From Fimicolochytrium jonesii (Eukaryota): DNA of 64,000 nucleotides. Shown piece after piece: positions 1 to 13,403 of this stretch. Location of the stretch: contig NW_026515677.1 in NCBI RefSeq assembly GCF_025526975.1, positions 248,001-312,000 of the forward strand, written 5' to 3'. Positions within the stretch are counted from its first letter, which is position 1, and each line of letters starts with the position of its first letter. Made by a program: the position numbers and the translations under genes. The notes under the pieces are model-generated. The model saw nothing but the letters and a program-made list of their open reading frames with translations. It was not told the DNA's origin and ran no database searches.

Positions 1-447
1 TGATACCAAATACACATACCATTTCCATTCCGTCTCGCCCGGCGGCAGAAAGTTGAGCACGTACGTCTTGTCCTTTTCTGAGACTTGGTCGTATTCTACG
101 ACTGTGCGTGGGAGGGAGGAGAACGATGAGTATGAGGCATTCGTGATGTTCCCCACGCGTATTGTACCGGATGGAGGGAGATTCAAGCAACGAATGGGAT
201 GAGTGGGATGAGTTTTTACCTTCACCCTCAAACCGCTCCACCACCGTTCCAGCCTGTCGAATAGTATGGCGTTAGTCTATTAGTGTATCAAGCGGGACAG
301 TGGGGGAAGATGGTGGCTTACGGGGAGATCAGCGTCGGCGAACAAAGCCTTCCCATACGAGACTGCACGGACATGGGACGGGTAAGTTTTGCGTGGAGGT
401 GGAAGGGAAGGGGGAGTCGCAAGCGGCGTGGTTGCGGTTGCTGCCAT
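1..447 (-). CDS. SET-domain-like protein, 5' part (continues off the window start)
   Basis: Manual splicing over GT-AG introns gives MAATATT...YGKALFADADLPAGTVVERFEGEVVEYDQVSEKDKTYVLNF..., resembling the SET N-terminal G-x-G-L-F-A...G-x-V-V-x-F-x-G pattern. Confidence 0.55.
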
Positions 448-1430
448 TGTGGATGGGCGGGGGGATGGGCTTATGGTTGGTTGGTTGGGGGACGACGAGC
501 GCAAGTTGGGAGAAGGAACGGAAGGAGTTCCGACGCGTCCATGTGTTCGGATATTGCTGTTGCAGGTAAACTCAGAGGTACCTACCTACAGTATATACAG
601 TACTGTACGTACTCTTGCCTGTATGGAACCGAACGAGAATGGGTGGATTGCTTCAACAAACTCTCGAAACGGTGCCTGCTTTGCCCACCCTCCTCTCCTC
701 TTGAAGAAGCATCAAAGCATCGCGTTCTCGGACTAATGATCGAGCCGTTGGGAGGCGGAGTTGGTGACAAGCTTCAAACGTGTGCGGGCGGACAAGCGAG
801 TCGGGAGCGCAACGTGGCACATATCTGTGCAGTATAAGTAGACTGGAAGATCCGTTTATAGATGCCCGTGCATAAGTATAGGCTTACCAGTGACAATGAG
901 TGTGTATGTACATACACGCCGTGAGAGAGGCAATGCCGCAGGCAACCTTATTGCGAGCACATCCGCGATGACGCCCCCATTGAACTTGGCAAACATCCCG
1001 CATAAACCAAAGACGACCACCCTTTCATCCTTTGCGTCCTGCTGCTGCTCTGCGTGCGTTGTCCACAATGTCGCCACATGGATGTTTAACTGGAAAGGGG
1101 GGTTTGGAACTTAGCGCGGAGGGGTAACTTAGCGCGCTTGCTAACGGTTAGGAACAACCCCCCTATTCACCGACTCGACTTGAATCCATAAGCCTTCTCA
1201 GCCGGCCCCATCGCGGGTGAGAAACTTGCCCCAAAGCCAATCCCGCCACGGAACCCCTCCCCACAGAGCATCCGCTCATAATATTTATAGGCAGTTGCCG
1301 CTCAAGTTGTGTTGCGTTGAGAAACAACAACCGTCGCGTTAGAGTCATCCTCAGAGTCATCAGTGCCTTGTGAGAACTCCCACCGAAACCCAGAGTCCTT
1401 TCGCTCACAATCTCCTAGTTCAGATACAGA

Positions 1431-4032
1431 ATGGAACCGCAGCCCCCACTCCGAGAAGACTCCGCCGGGGATTCCAAACGACCCATTTCGCTGCCGACCG
1501 GGGACCGACCCGTCACTTCTGTAGCCGACAGGCCAGCCTCGTCCATGGGCGACCGTCCCGTGACGCGAGTGAACTCCTTACGAAAGACAGGCCACGCAAA
1601 GTCGACCACATCTTCAGACAGTTTTGACAGCGATGTGGAACAGGCGGAGTCGGGTCGACGCTCGCCTAGCTCGGCCGCCCCAGCAAAGAAGAAGCCGTTG
1701 TCAAAGCAGGTGGACGAGCCCGCTCGTGGTAGCTCCGCTGCCACACAGGTGTTTGTGCTTCCAGAAGGCTGGCCACGCGGAACGTACGAAACCCGCGTCA
1801 TGCCGCTTTTGCCGAAACGACCGAAGCTTCTGGGAGGGACGCGAAAGCGGTTTACGGAGATGTATTCGAAGAAGATCGATATGATGAAAGAGAGTAAGTT
1901 GGGGCCAGCTGGATATCTGTGTGATTTGATCGGGAATTCGATGAAGGGGAAAGCTCTTGTGTCGGCATCAGCTCCCAAAAATCACAAGCGACCCTCCGCT
2001 AATGAAACTCCTTCCGTCTTGTCAGCCATGTTAAAGATTCAGGACCCAATAACAGGAGTAGAGATGAAGGACCGGAAAAAAATGTTTAAAACATATCAGA
2101 ACTCTTTTGTTGGTGAGTCGCAGATGTTTGACGCTCTCATCCGTTTCCTCGCAAATACTGATGATGGTTTATGAATCGGAACATAGGCAATGATCTTTTA
2201 AATTGGGCAATTGCGAAATGTGATTTCATGTCGAAAGAGGAGGCACTCCGTTACTGCAATGCAATGTTTGATGCCGGATACATCATATCGGTCGACTTGC
2301 ATGACAAGTTCGCCACAGGAGACATTTACATATGCCAGGTACATTGCGGATGGACCATCTTCCCTCGAAACTGGGTTACTAACTGTCAATGTTTTCATTT
2401 CGCTCATCCTGGGAATAGATACCCTACTTCTGGCCCTCGGGAAAATGGGTGGCATCAGATTTTGGTATGGAGAACGTCGAGTCTTCTCACTTGTGCGCCG
2501 TAAATGCTGACTTTTTCTCCGGCCGCAGATTATACCGTCTATCTATTTAAGCGAAATATCAACGCCAGCACAAAGTATCTCCTTCCAGAATGGGAAGAAG
2601 AGCGCCTCTTCCGCTTACAGGAGGTGTATTACGACCAATGGGACCTGGTGGAGAACACCGTGGAGGATCATTTAAGGTTCATCCGCGCGATGCATTGTTC
2701 GTTTTTCACATGGAGTTTCCGTCCTTACCCTGCCCAACCCGCACAGCCATATGAAAACAGCGCTGAGCAAAGGCGAGAGGCGGACATGGAACTTACAGGA
2801 GTACGGTTTTTGGAGAGTGAATCGGCCACCGTCGCTTGTAAGTGGGGCCTTTCGAGAGCGTGCTCGCCTAAGGGGGATGACGACTAAAGCCGAAAGGACC
2901 CATTTTGACGCGATCGTAGAGCGGGCCCCAGATGTCTATGTTTGCTGGCGAAGAGGAGAGGCTTAAGGAGTTTTATTCGAAGCGGCGCTCGAATGAAGCT
3001 TATGAAGTACGTGTGGTTCAGACCACTTTCACCTCATAAGTCTGGTCTCTGACCCAAACCCACAAACCTCAGAAAAAAATGACAGAACAAGAACTATTAC
3101 AATGGCTGGAAAAGAAGGTTGAATATCACAACGTCAGTCTGTCGTTCAACCGGATGAAGGTGTCACAAGCAGCAAAAAGGTAAGATTTTCGAAGTCCGGA
3201 CACAATCGATGATGACACTCCTCTAACTACCAAAACCAAAGCTTATTGCAACGATGCGAAATGTGGCACCCCCTCGACCCCATGCTCGCGACCCAGCCAA
3301 CCGTGGGCAATCCCTGGCTGACCGACGAGCCGTCGATGCTCGGGATACTGTCCAGCAACAGCAATGCGTTTGCGCCGAGGAAGTTCCCGACGGTTGCGGA
3401 GATCAAGCTGTGGACGACCTCGTTTGCGGATCTGATGAGGGACCCGTTGGGCGTGCAGCTGTTTCATGATTTTGTTGAGAAGGAGTTTTCTCAGGTCGGT
3501 AAACCTGCTCTAACCTGCGGTTTCAGTGTGTTTGGAGTGAAATGCTAAAGACTCCCACATATATAGGAAAACCTGGAATTCGTCCTGAAATGCCAAGCGC
3601 TAGACTCCATCTCTCAACGCGACGAATACATCTTCGAAGCGACCAAAATCTACGATGAATTCGTCAAAAAGGGCGCACCACGCGAACTGAACATCAACTC
3701 ATCCGACCGCAACGCCATCATCTCCCAGTTCGAGGCCCTGGAGAAACACCCACACAAGGATCTCAGCCACTATGTGTTCGCCGACGCCTTGAAGCATATC
3801 ATGGGCCTGATGGCGAAGGATTCGTATGTCAGGTTTTGTAACAGTGATGTCATAAGCAAGGCCTTGTCGAAGGCGGTGGAACGGGAGGCGGGGGCGTCGG
3901 ATGATTCGTCCGCTAAAGGTACGTTTTCTTGCCCTGCACATTTTACTACACAAACTTCTGCGCGAGAGGCTAGGAATGCTAATCCGCGCTATGTTATTTG
4001 ACACAGCGTCGTCACGGGCACGGCCATCGTGA
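1431..4032 (+). CDS. R7-family-like regulator of G-protein signalling (DEP, DHEX, GGL, RGS domains), multi-exon
   Basis: Spliced exons give a DEP domain (GVEMKDRKKMFKTYQNSFVG), IPYFWPSGKW...DYTVYLFKR...QEYGFWRVNRP, GGL-like RMKVSQAAKSLLQRCEMWHPLDPML...NPWLTDE, and RGS DLMRDPLGVQLFHDFVEKEFSQENLEF...LMAKDSYVRF. The 3' end is inferred from a last intron. Confidence 0.85.
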
Positions 4033-4399
4033 GCCTTCGAACTGATCTCCAGGAATCAACTGTAAAGAAGCATTCCATCGGTTTCCCAATGGGGGTATGA
4101 GGGCAGTCGGTGGTAGTGAGCCACATGTCTTCCTTGCCACGGAGAATCGCCCGCACTACAGGATTATCTCTATCACTCGTCTTCCGGGGATCGACTGCGT
4201 TCTCGGAACCGTGGATTCTGGAAAGGCACAGACGGGAAAGCAGAAGAAAACATGGATTGGTGGAAAATTTTGTTTTGTCATTCCTCCACTCCCTTCCCCT
4301 TTTTCTCCTACTCCCCTTCACGACTTTGGACCCTTTTTGTTTTCCTCCCTCTCTCCTTCCGAATGCTTGCAAGATAGATTTATTTAATGTTTTACTTAC

Positions 4400-5425
4400 A
4401 TGTCGCGCTTCTTTGATCTTTCGTGGGGCTGGCTCACCGTCTTCGTTGTCGCGGGATCGCTTTTTCCGGTCTGGAGTGGAAGAGTTTTGGGAGGTCAGAT
4501 TCCATGCGTTTCGAATCCTCGGAGGGCGGGGTGCTGCAAAAGTGGCCCGCCATCGAAGCTACGGCGCAGATGTCTCGTTGCACTCACCAAATGTATCCCG
4601 CGAGTAGTACGATGACGACGCTCCCTCCGGCACCAAAGAAAAGTTCTCGTACGTCTCCCTCTGCTGCTTCTCGCGCATCTCCTCTTCCCGCATCCGCGCT
4701 CCATATCCACCGCGGCCTTCATCGTAATCTTCCCGGTACTCATCTCGGACCTGTTGGATTGATGCCCCCCGGGGTTACTTTTGCTGGGGTTCTCTCCTTT
4801 TGAAAAGGGTTGCGACCCAGATTTCGGAACTCACTTGGCCACCACTCTTCCCCCGCCCTAAGTTCCTGCCATCTTTGTACCCAGGGTCCAGATCTGTTCG
4901 GATGATCCGCTCGTCAAGCTTTGTGCCGTTGACGTATTTCATGCAGTCTAGGGCGTCGTCTCGTCGGTAGTATCTGACACACGCGCAAACGTTCTGATGT
5001 GAGCTTTTCCTCATCATTTGAAGACCATGTCGTTGTTCACTCAGACTTGGGTGTATGCGACAGCCACGACCGATCACGTAGACAACCCCACCTCCGTCCG
5101 GCAACACGTACTCAACAAAACAGAATCCACAAGGCGTCTTCTTAAACCTATCCAGCCCCATAATAATCCGCTTAATCTCCCCTGTCTTTGAGAATAGCTC
5201 ATATATTTGCTCTTCGGTGGTGAAGAAGGACAGGTTGCCGATGTAGAGGGTTGCGGTTTGGGATATGTCTTGTTGGAAGTCTTCGTTGGAGCCCTGGAAA
5301 GTGTCATGGTGGGTGTCATTTAGAGGTAGGGAAACGACGAAGGGAAGGGAGCAGGGAGCAGTTACCCTGTAGGAGCGGTCCTTGTAGACGGAGGGCGCCC
5401 CGAGGGAGGGGACTAGTGAGGCCAT
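4400..5425 (-). CDS. CBC2: Nuclear cap-binding protein subunit 2 (CBP20), multi-exon; 3' end approximate
   Basis: [48 protein letters not shown]...[21 protein letters not shown]...[23 protein letters not shown], characteristic of CBP20. Confidence 0.93.
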
Positions 5426-5699
5426 TGGGTTGGTTGTTGCGCAAGATGTGTGTGGATCTTCCTTCCAGGAACTAGTTGTTCCAAACCGTCCCAGCGAAAG
5501 AGGCGAGTTGCGAACAGGCATAACGGCGGGTCACGTGACTGGTGAGTTCCGGACGCAAGGGTCTCGCTCCTCCTCCAGCTGGAAATTCAACCGGGTAACC
5601 CACCCAATTTCCAAGGGCCTTAGAACACACGGGTTAGCGTAAGGAGGAAGACTACACTCGCTTCAACGTCGGCAAATTGTGGAAAAACGAAACGGAACA

Positions 5700-6738
5700 A
5701 TGGTGGAATCCCCTCGAAAATCCCGCTCGCCCGCCCGCGGCCGCGCCCGCACCCGTTCAGCCTCAAGATCAATCAGCAGATCGTCACGATCCGGTAGTCG
5801 CTCCTCCTACAGCTCATACACGTCCCGCTCACGGTCCCGCTCATACTCCTCGTCCCGATCGTCGAGGAGCTCCAGGTCCTACTCGCGCTCGCTGAGCAGG
5901 AGCCGGAGCCGGAGCCGGAGCTATAGTAGGAGCAGGAGCAGAAGCCCAAGGCGAATTCCGAAATATGAGACGGAGGGTAGGAATAAGCCTAGTGGGGCTG
6001 CTGATCCCTATAACAAAAAGTACGTTCCCCGCAAGCTCTCAATCGTAGTTGCATACGTTTGTCGGCATCTGAACTTACCACCCATGACCCATAAAAAGAT
6101 TGTTCATAACGCCGATTTCAGCATCCGTGGAGGCGGACCACCTGAAAGAGATCTTCGCCAACTACGGCACCGTAACCGACGTCATCGTCCCCACAAGGGC
6201 CCCAACCCAGCGCTCACTCACCGGCAAATCCCTCAACACCGGAATCGCCTTCGTCACCCTCTCCACCCGCGACGAAGCCGACGCAGCGCTCAAATGCATG
6301 AACGACGGATGGCTTGACGGCCACCAGATTCACGTCACCTTCTACGACGCATCGAAGGTCCGTCGCGGGTCAAGGGTGGGGAAGACCATCGATTCTGGAT
6401 TGTTTGGGAAACGCGAACATAGCGAGATGAGTAGGAGTCCGAGCCCTAATCGGCGCTCATACGATAGGAGGGATGATAGGAGGGATGGCAGGGGGTTTGA
6501 CGGAAGGGATGAAAGGGTGGGCGATAGGCGGGATGAGAGACGGTATGGAGATGAAAGGCGATATGATAGGCGTGATGACAGGCGTGATGAGAGGCGAGGC
6601 AGTAGGTACGACGAGCCGGGGTACGATGGGAGACGGTCGAAAGTTGATAGCCGGGATTATGAGCGCCAACGGGGAAGGGAAAGAGATTTTAGGAGGAGCC
6701 GCTCGCCGAGTGTTGGCCGTGATAGGCGATATCGGTAG
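5700..6738 (+). CDS. RS-rich RRM protein, RNPS1-like
   Basis: N-terminal SR/SRSY repeats, one intron (~6020-6099), an RRM (DHLKEIFANYG...GIAFV...ALKCMNDGWLDGHQIHV) and an RD/RS-rich tail. Confidence 0.75.
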
Positions 6739-6941
6739 GCTGCACAACGCGTTAGATAGGGGGTTCTTTCTTGTGACTGGAAGTGGCGCGAGCTCGCCGA
6801 ACCGAGCCTTAGGCGTATCTTCCATGGATATGTATATATAGTGTGTATGAAACGATATGAGGTGAAAGAAGAGAACATGGGACCGATGTGTTGGATGATA
6901 TTGATGATACGTTTCTGCCTAACATGCAAGCCACGGCAAGC

Positions 6942-8733
6942 TCACGCCTGCGTCATAAAAATGCCCGTAACCTCATCCCCAAGCACCACCTTCCCCTCCC
7001 CCCTCACCCTCCTAATCTTCCCGCCCTCACTCCGCACCGCAACTAATCCTACCGGCGCTAGTTGAAATCTACCCTTCCACCTCGCCTCCCCGTCCCCAAA
7101 CGTCAACTGCCTGACCGGTATCGGTATCGGGCTACCCGCCTTCTTGTTATCGCTTCGGGCGAGCTGGCCGGCGCGATTGCCGCCCCATAGCAGGAGGTCG
7201 TGGCCGTACCGAGCGGGGGTGGTGGTGGCGGGTGACGACCATGGTAGCCACCACAAGCCGCTTCTAGTCGGCTCGTCAACGACGTTATCCAGCACAGCCG
7301 CACAATGGGTCCCGGTGGGCGAGACGGCAATCTCGCGGACCCGGATCGGTTTCACCTGCTTGGTCGCCTCGTCGTACTCCCGCAGCCCGCTGACGTTCTT
7401 GACGCGCACGGGGCCGCCGGTGACGTGGGTGTAGGACCCGTTCCCGAGCTGGCCGTTCAGTCCGGACCCGCAAGCGAGGACGTCGGTGGAGTCTGGGGCG
7501 TCGAGGACGAAGAGGGTGGTGTTGCCGCCTGCGGCGATTTGGGTGCAGGTGGCGGGGTGGGATTGCGCGGAGGGGAGACGGAGGGTGGTGATTTCGGTGG
7601 GGTGGGGGAAGGTGGGGTTTGTTGGGTCTAGGCCGAGTTGCTGGAAGGGGAAAGGATGTTAGTATTGCGAGACGAGATTAGATGTAAGGTATCGTATTAT
7701 AGACGCCTACCCCAAAGATGTTGGCGCCAAAGCCAAACACACGACCGCTCGTCGTGCGGATCAGGGTGTGACTGTCCCCGCACGCGGCCTCTGCCGCGGT
7801 GTCTGTTCCTAGGTCCTTGACCAACCTCCACGTCCCGACCTCGGTGCGCTCCTCGGCGACGCCCGTCCCCAACTGCCCTGCACTGTTTGCCGTTTCGGTC
7901 AACGGCATGGTGAAAACACGTCCCTTTGTGGTAACCGCTACGACGTGTTGAGCTCCAGCCGCTATGGACGCGACGCTTTCGAATCGCCACAATGCCGGTG
8001 CTTTCACACGGACGTCCGTGTGCGCCTTCACGGTAGCACCATCATTTCCTTTATCTGCGGCAGGCTTCTGCAGGGAGTACAGACTCCCATTGCGAGCCAC
8101 CGCGACCACCCTATCGCCCGTACAAGCCACCTGCACCAGATCCTTCCCACTCAGCGTGACAACAGGCGCAGACACTTTACTCCTCCCCGGTCTGCTCAGA
8201 CTCGCCTTTCCCGATCCTTCAACATGCCATTGCAGCAGATTCCCCTTCTCATCAACAGCCGCCCCCTGCTCGCGTCCCAGCGCGACAGCCCTCAACACCT
8301 TGCCCCGGAAGAACCTCGTAGCAGCAGTCTCCTCCACGCCGCCCAACCCCCACACAAACAACCCCGGATCGGACCTGGCTGCCTCAATCAGGGATCCGCG
8401 GTGCAGAACCTCCTCTCTAGTCTCCTCATATTCGCGAGTCATATCGGTGTCCGCTGTCTCGTCGGCGTCGTTGTACAGCGCGAGCGCGAAGGTGAGACCG
8501 CCGACGACTGCTCCGGCTGCGAAGGTGAGGAGACGCCATTTGACGCTGTAGCCTGACATGTGCGGGTGCTGGGATGACGGGGCTGTGGACGGTGTTACCG
8601 TGCTGCCGTAGGGAAGAGGGCGGTGCGGTGGGGCTTGTGGTTTTGTGGAGGACGACGGCATCGGTTGGGTTGTGAGCTGTCGTGCGTGACATGGCCGTAT
8701 CCTTCGGAGAGACGTGGTGCATGGTCGAAACAT
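6942..8733 (-). CDS. Mitochondrial RCC1-repeat protein, Fmp25/Bca1-like
   Basis: Arg-rich presequence-like N-terminus, one TM helix (LLTFAAGAVVGGLTFALAL), RCC1 motifs (AAGAQH, ACGDSHT, GQLG, WGGNRAGQL) and PVRVKNVSGLREYDE; one intron near 7.64-7.71 kb. Confidence 0.75.
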
Positions 8734-9025
8734 GATGGGCGTCTCGGTGAACAATAAGGAACGCTACGTAGCAGACTGGTCCTCGAGAGTGCGAGGGGAG
8801 AGTATATATGTAGGAAAAACACCCAGTGTAAGTGCGAGATCACCCGCTGTTCGCAGGTCCCAATGCTTGCCGTGCGAGAGAGAAAGAAGTGACGCGTCGG
8901 AATTTGCGCTTCTTCCTTCTTCCCATTTCGCTCAAGCTGGTCTCTACTCCCCACCCACCCAGACGCACGCTCAGATCACCCGTCCGCCCTCCCGCCTCCT
9001 ACAAACGCTCACCCACCCCGCCGTC

Positions 9026-9353
9026 ATGCCAACCTGCGACCATTTCTACAAAGACCTCCTGAAATGCCTCCTCGCCTCCCCCTGCGTCCAACAACACGGC
9101 CACTCTCCGCGGGAATGTCTCTCGCCCGTCCACGACGAGGAGAGCGTCAGTGCCGCATGTAGGCTGGCGCAGAGGGCTTATGTGGAGTGTAAGGTGGATA
9201 TTGTAAGTGTGGATTGCTTTCCCGAGTCTTGATACTCTTGGGAAAGTCGTTTACATATGTGCTTTTTTGTTTCAGATGAACCCGAGGAAGAGATTTAGGG
9301 GACCGTATGGGGGACGACCACCGAAGGAGGCTGAGGATGAGGAGGATGCGTAA
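9026..9353 (+). CDS. PET191: Cytochrome c oxidase assembly factor Pet191/COA5-like
   Basis: MPTCDHFYKDLLKCLLASPCV...ECL...ACRLAQRAYVECK, then intron 9203-9275, then MNPRKRFRG. The Cys spacing and the RKRFRG end match Pet191. Confidence 0.85.
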
Positions 9354-9879
9354 ATGGGGAAGGGGTGGGGTGGAGACGGGATATTGTGGAGGGAGTTTTG
9401 AGCTTGCAACCGCACGACGCCGGGGAGCATCGTTTTAAGACACAGTCAGCAACTGCAACTCCGGCGGTTATATACGGCGGACCAGTTTGTTTGCGATGCA
9501 TCCCAAAGGCAGACAGGGGTTCTGCTGCAGGAGAGGCACAAAGTCAGCAGCGCTTTCACGCAACCGACGTAGGAGGCTACCGGTTTGCGACATCAACGTA
9601 TTGATGCGGCACATCAAGCGGTCACAGTGGTAAAGCCGCACTCCACATCACAGCGGATAAGATTTCATGTATGTATATAGGATTCGACTAGTCTGTCTAC
9701 GCTACTGAGAGGCCGCCTGCTGGGTGGAGAGAGCCTATTTCCCCGTTCAATGCCATGGGAGCGGGCAAAATACTTTTGTAAACCGCCCATATGGTGGAAT
9801 ATCATGAAAAAATCTACCTACGCCAGACCCCCGAAAAAAAACCCAGATGGTGATGGAAAAACCGTGATGGCAGGCCTCA

Positions 9880-12394
9880 TCAAAGGTCCCTAAAACACCG
9901 ATCAGCAACCCTCACCACATCCGCCATCTCCTCCACATCATGCACTCTTAACACATTCGCGCCCCTCGCAATCGCCGCCGAACACGCCGCGGCCGTCGCA
10001 TAGATCCGCTGTTTCGCCTGCTCCTTCTTACTCGTCGCATCCAATGCCTGCGACCCCGTAACAGCTCCCTGGGACAGGAACCCCTTCCGCGACGGCCCCA
10101 CAAGCACCGGAAACCCCGCCAACGCATTCCGTGCCGCCGGCGCCTGTTGTTGTCCCTCCGAATCCAACGTCGCGGTCGCAGGTGCCGCCTCCCCGACAAG
10201 CACGGGCAGTTTCTGCAGAATTTCATAGTTCTGCGCGCCGGTCTTTACGAACCCGATGCCAGGGTCCAGGATTATATTCCACCGCCTGACTCCCTTGTTC
10301 ATGGCTTGTTGGACGGTCGAGGTCAGCGAGGCCGCGATGGTGGGTACGACTTGGCCGGCGGGGTAGTCGGTCAATTGCTGCATGGTCTTGGGCGTTCCGC
10401 GCATGTGCATGAGGCACACAGGAACCTGGGTCTCAGCCATGGCTGTGATCATGTCCGGGTCAAGGGATCCGCCCGACACGTCGTTGATGAAATTCGCGCC
10501 GGCTTTGATGGCCGCGCGGGCGACGGGGGCGCGGTAGGTGTCGATTGAGATGGGGATGTTTGCGTCGAGTTTGCGGATAGCTTCAATCACCGGCACGACG
10601 CGTCCAATCTCGATTTCCACCGGGGGTTCATCAGCTCCGGGTCGGGTGGACATGCCCCCAACGTCGATGATATGTGCCCCGGCTGCTGCCATTTTGATCG
10701 CCTGCTGGGCGGCTGCGTCCGGTGACTGGGTGTGCGCGTCGCCGCCGTCGCTGAAACTGTCCGGGGTGACGTTGAGGATTCCCATGATGTAGGTTTGGGT
10801 GGACCAGGACCAGAGGCCGGCGGTGGTTTTGAGGGGGATGACTTTGCGGATCTTGTCGGAGGGGGTTGGGGCGGATTCGTGGGAGAGGAGGGCTAGGAGT
10901 TGCGAGACGGTGCGGAAGAGGCCGGGGATCTCCATGTCTGGTGCAATGCTGTAACGAAATGAAGAGTTAACGATTGCCTTTCGTTGCACTGCGCAGAGGC
11001 GAAGGGAGACTTACTCAGCAAACGGTCTAAGAACAAACTCCCGTTCTTTAATCCGTGGATGGGGAATGATCAGCCTCTCAGTAGACATCTCCACGCGATC
11101 GTAAACAAGGATGTCCAAGTCAATAGGCCGCGGCCCGAACCGCTGGCCGTTGAAGTTGCGGCCCATCTCAGCTTCTATACCCTTCAAAAAGTCAAGCAGG
11201 TCGTTCGGTGATAGACTTGTTCGTATCTTTTTTTGGGAATGGTCAATGAACAAAAACGGTCGTGAAGGAGGGGTGCAGAGAATAACAAGGGTAACATACC
11301 GCACAACAAGCGTTGATGAAATTGGGCTGATCTGTCACATACATCGCCTTGGTTTCGTACAAGAAGGACGTGTCAATCACTTTGATGGCGGCGGATCCGG
11401 CTAGACTCGTGACGGCGTCATTGATGTTCTTTGCGCTGTCTCCGAGGTTGGACCCTAAAGCCAGGTACACGACATGCGGCAGCCGGCCCCGTGTTTCCTC
11501 GTCCACATCGTCACTGTGCGCACTGGCATCCAGGCTGGTCGCAGGCGTCGGGTCGCTCGCTCTTGCTTTCTCGCCAAAATAGGCCCTGTCCCTCGTGATC
11601 TCGACCCCAGCTGCGGCGGCAAAGACGATAGCGGAGGGCTTTTCCACTCGCACGGTCACTTTCGGGACGTGGCATTGCTTGATCAGCAGCCTCGCTATGG
11701 AGGTTGCTAGCGCTTCAACGGTCTTGTAGTTTGTGCTCTCGACGTATTTGGACACGGTCCGAGTGATCGTGCGATAGTTATGAACTTTCGGTACATGGTC
11801 GCTCAACAAAACTTGCGGGTCCAGCGCAAGGTGGATAATGAGTGTAATAACCACCCGCTGCCTTTCCTCCCGCTCCCAAGGGTTTACCCCAATAATCGTG
11901 CTAAGCGTCAAATCCTTGATAAAGATCTGGTCCTCGCCCTCCCTATCCTCCGCCTGATCCTGGTACGCCTCACCCAGTCCATCCGACCCCATCGCCCCAA
12001 TCTCCTCCTTCGTCCGCGTGATCTGCACACCCGCACAAGCAGCATGCAAGAGCGCGCGGGGCTTCTCTACGCGCACGGTTACGCGCGGGGCACCGCATTT
12101 TTCGACGCAGACTCGTGCGATCCCGGCTGCGAGGGCTTCGACGGATCGGTAGGATGTCTTTTCGGAGAACTCTTGCACGGTTTTGGAGACGGTGCCGTAG
12201 CTGATGGTCTGCGAGAGGAGATCGGTGTCGCCGGATGCATCGACCTGTTGGTGGACTGTGAGATCGATTGTCAGTGGTTGGCGCTTGGAGCGCTCCCAGG
12301 AGTCTACGCCGATGATGTTGTGGACTGTGAGTTGGCGGACCATGATCTTGTCGCCGGCCACCAGGCTGCTGTCCGTCTTCGCGAGGGCAGCCAT
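9880..12394 (-). CDS. FOL1: Trifunctional folate synthesis protein (2x DHNA, HPPK, DHPS)
   Basis: Two DHNA repeats (IIGV...WER...VRVEKP), HPPK (YLALGSNLGD, GPRPIDLDIL, IPHPRIKEREFVLRP) and DHPS (MGILNVTPDSFSDGG, LDPGIGF, SRKGF, RVHDV). Confidence 0.96.
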
Positions 12395-13403
12395 AGTGAT
12401 GTAGTTCCGGACTAGCCCCCCTCGAGTTCTTTACGGTGGATATGCGGTTCTACCAAGATATGCGGTTCGGAGCGATATGGTCCTCCCCTACAGTGAAGTG
12501 AGTTAGCGGGTGTGCTCAATGAGAAAGACCAGTATGAAGTGCTGGAGCTGCTGGGAACCTTTCCCACTTTCGTGCAAGTCCTACAGTGTACGTAGTGCGT
12601 CCACCTGTTGCTCGCAGTCTGGCTCGCAGTCAGGCTCGCAGTTGGGAGAGTTGGGGGGGCCAACGCGTCTTGGGGCGCCCCAAAAAGTCCCCTCCCCTTC
12701 TTGTTGGATGCAGTGCGTTTACCGGAAAGCACGTCTTCTCACACATGGACTACTTGCCCCGACCCACAAATCTCAGTGTGCTGTTCTTACATCACATGCT
12801 TGCGGCGGGAAAAAGAAGTAACCGAGCTACGCTTTTTTTTTTCTATTTTCTTCTTTTCGTTGACGTCTCCAAGGTCGAGTTAGATAATTGGTTAACCCGA
12901 TTAATAGAGGCCGAGGCCGAGTGAGATAGGTCCGTGCAGATACTGTAGATACACTTCTGCTTTGCTTTCAGCGTTGCATCCAATCCGTTTTGCCTCAGTC
13001 AAGCCTCCGTTCTCAACACATCAGGTCGAGGCTCGCCTGAAGTAAACGGATTGAGTGAACGTTCAAAAGAGTCTATGCTGTACTCTATTCCCGTTGCAGG
13101 CTTCAAATTCAGTCGAACGCGTGGGAAGCCACTGGAAAACACGTCCAATGTCCATGTCCAGAGCTGCGCGCGGAAGATCCTTTCGGACGTCCCTCCGACG
13201 GTGGTTCAACACTTGCAAGTGGAGGGTGACAGTTTCAAAGGCAAACATCCCCACTTCACACTGCACTTGGAAGCAGTGTTGCGCCTTGTTGGTATCGAAA
13301 GGATAGCAGCTGCTCACCACGTCAGTAACTCGAACGCAGTATTGCTCCTTTTCGGAAGTACGGAGTCAAGAACCGGCATTCACGAACTGCAGCTTGAGGC
13401 ATT

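Noticed and set aside
1108..1136. AACTTAGCGCG direct repeat
   Set aside because: Two 11-bp copies in an intergenic promoter region, with no further structure.
5890..6720. GAGCCG and GATGA-type tandem repeats
   Set aside because: They encode the RS and RD repeats of the SR protein.
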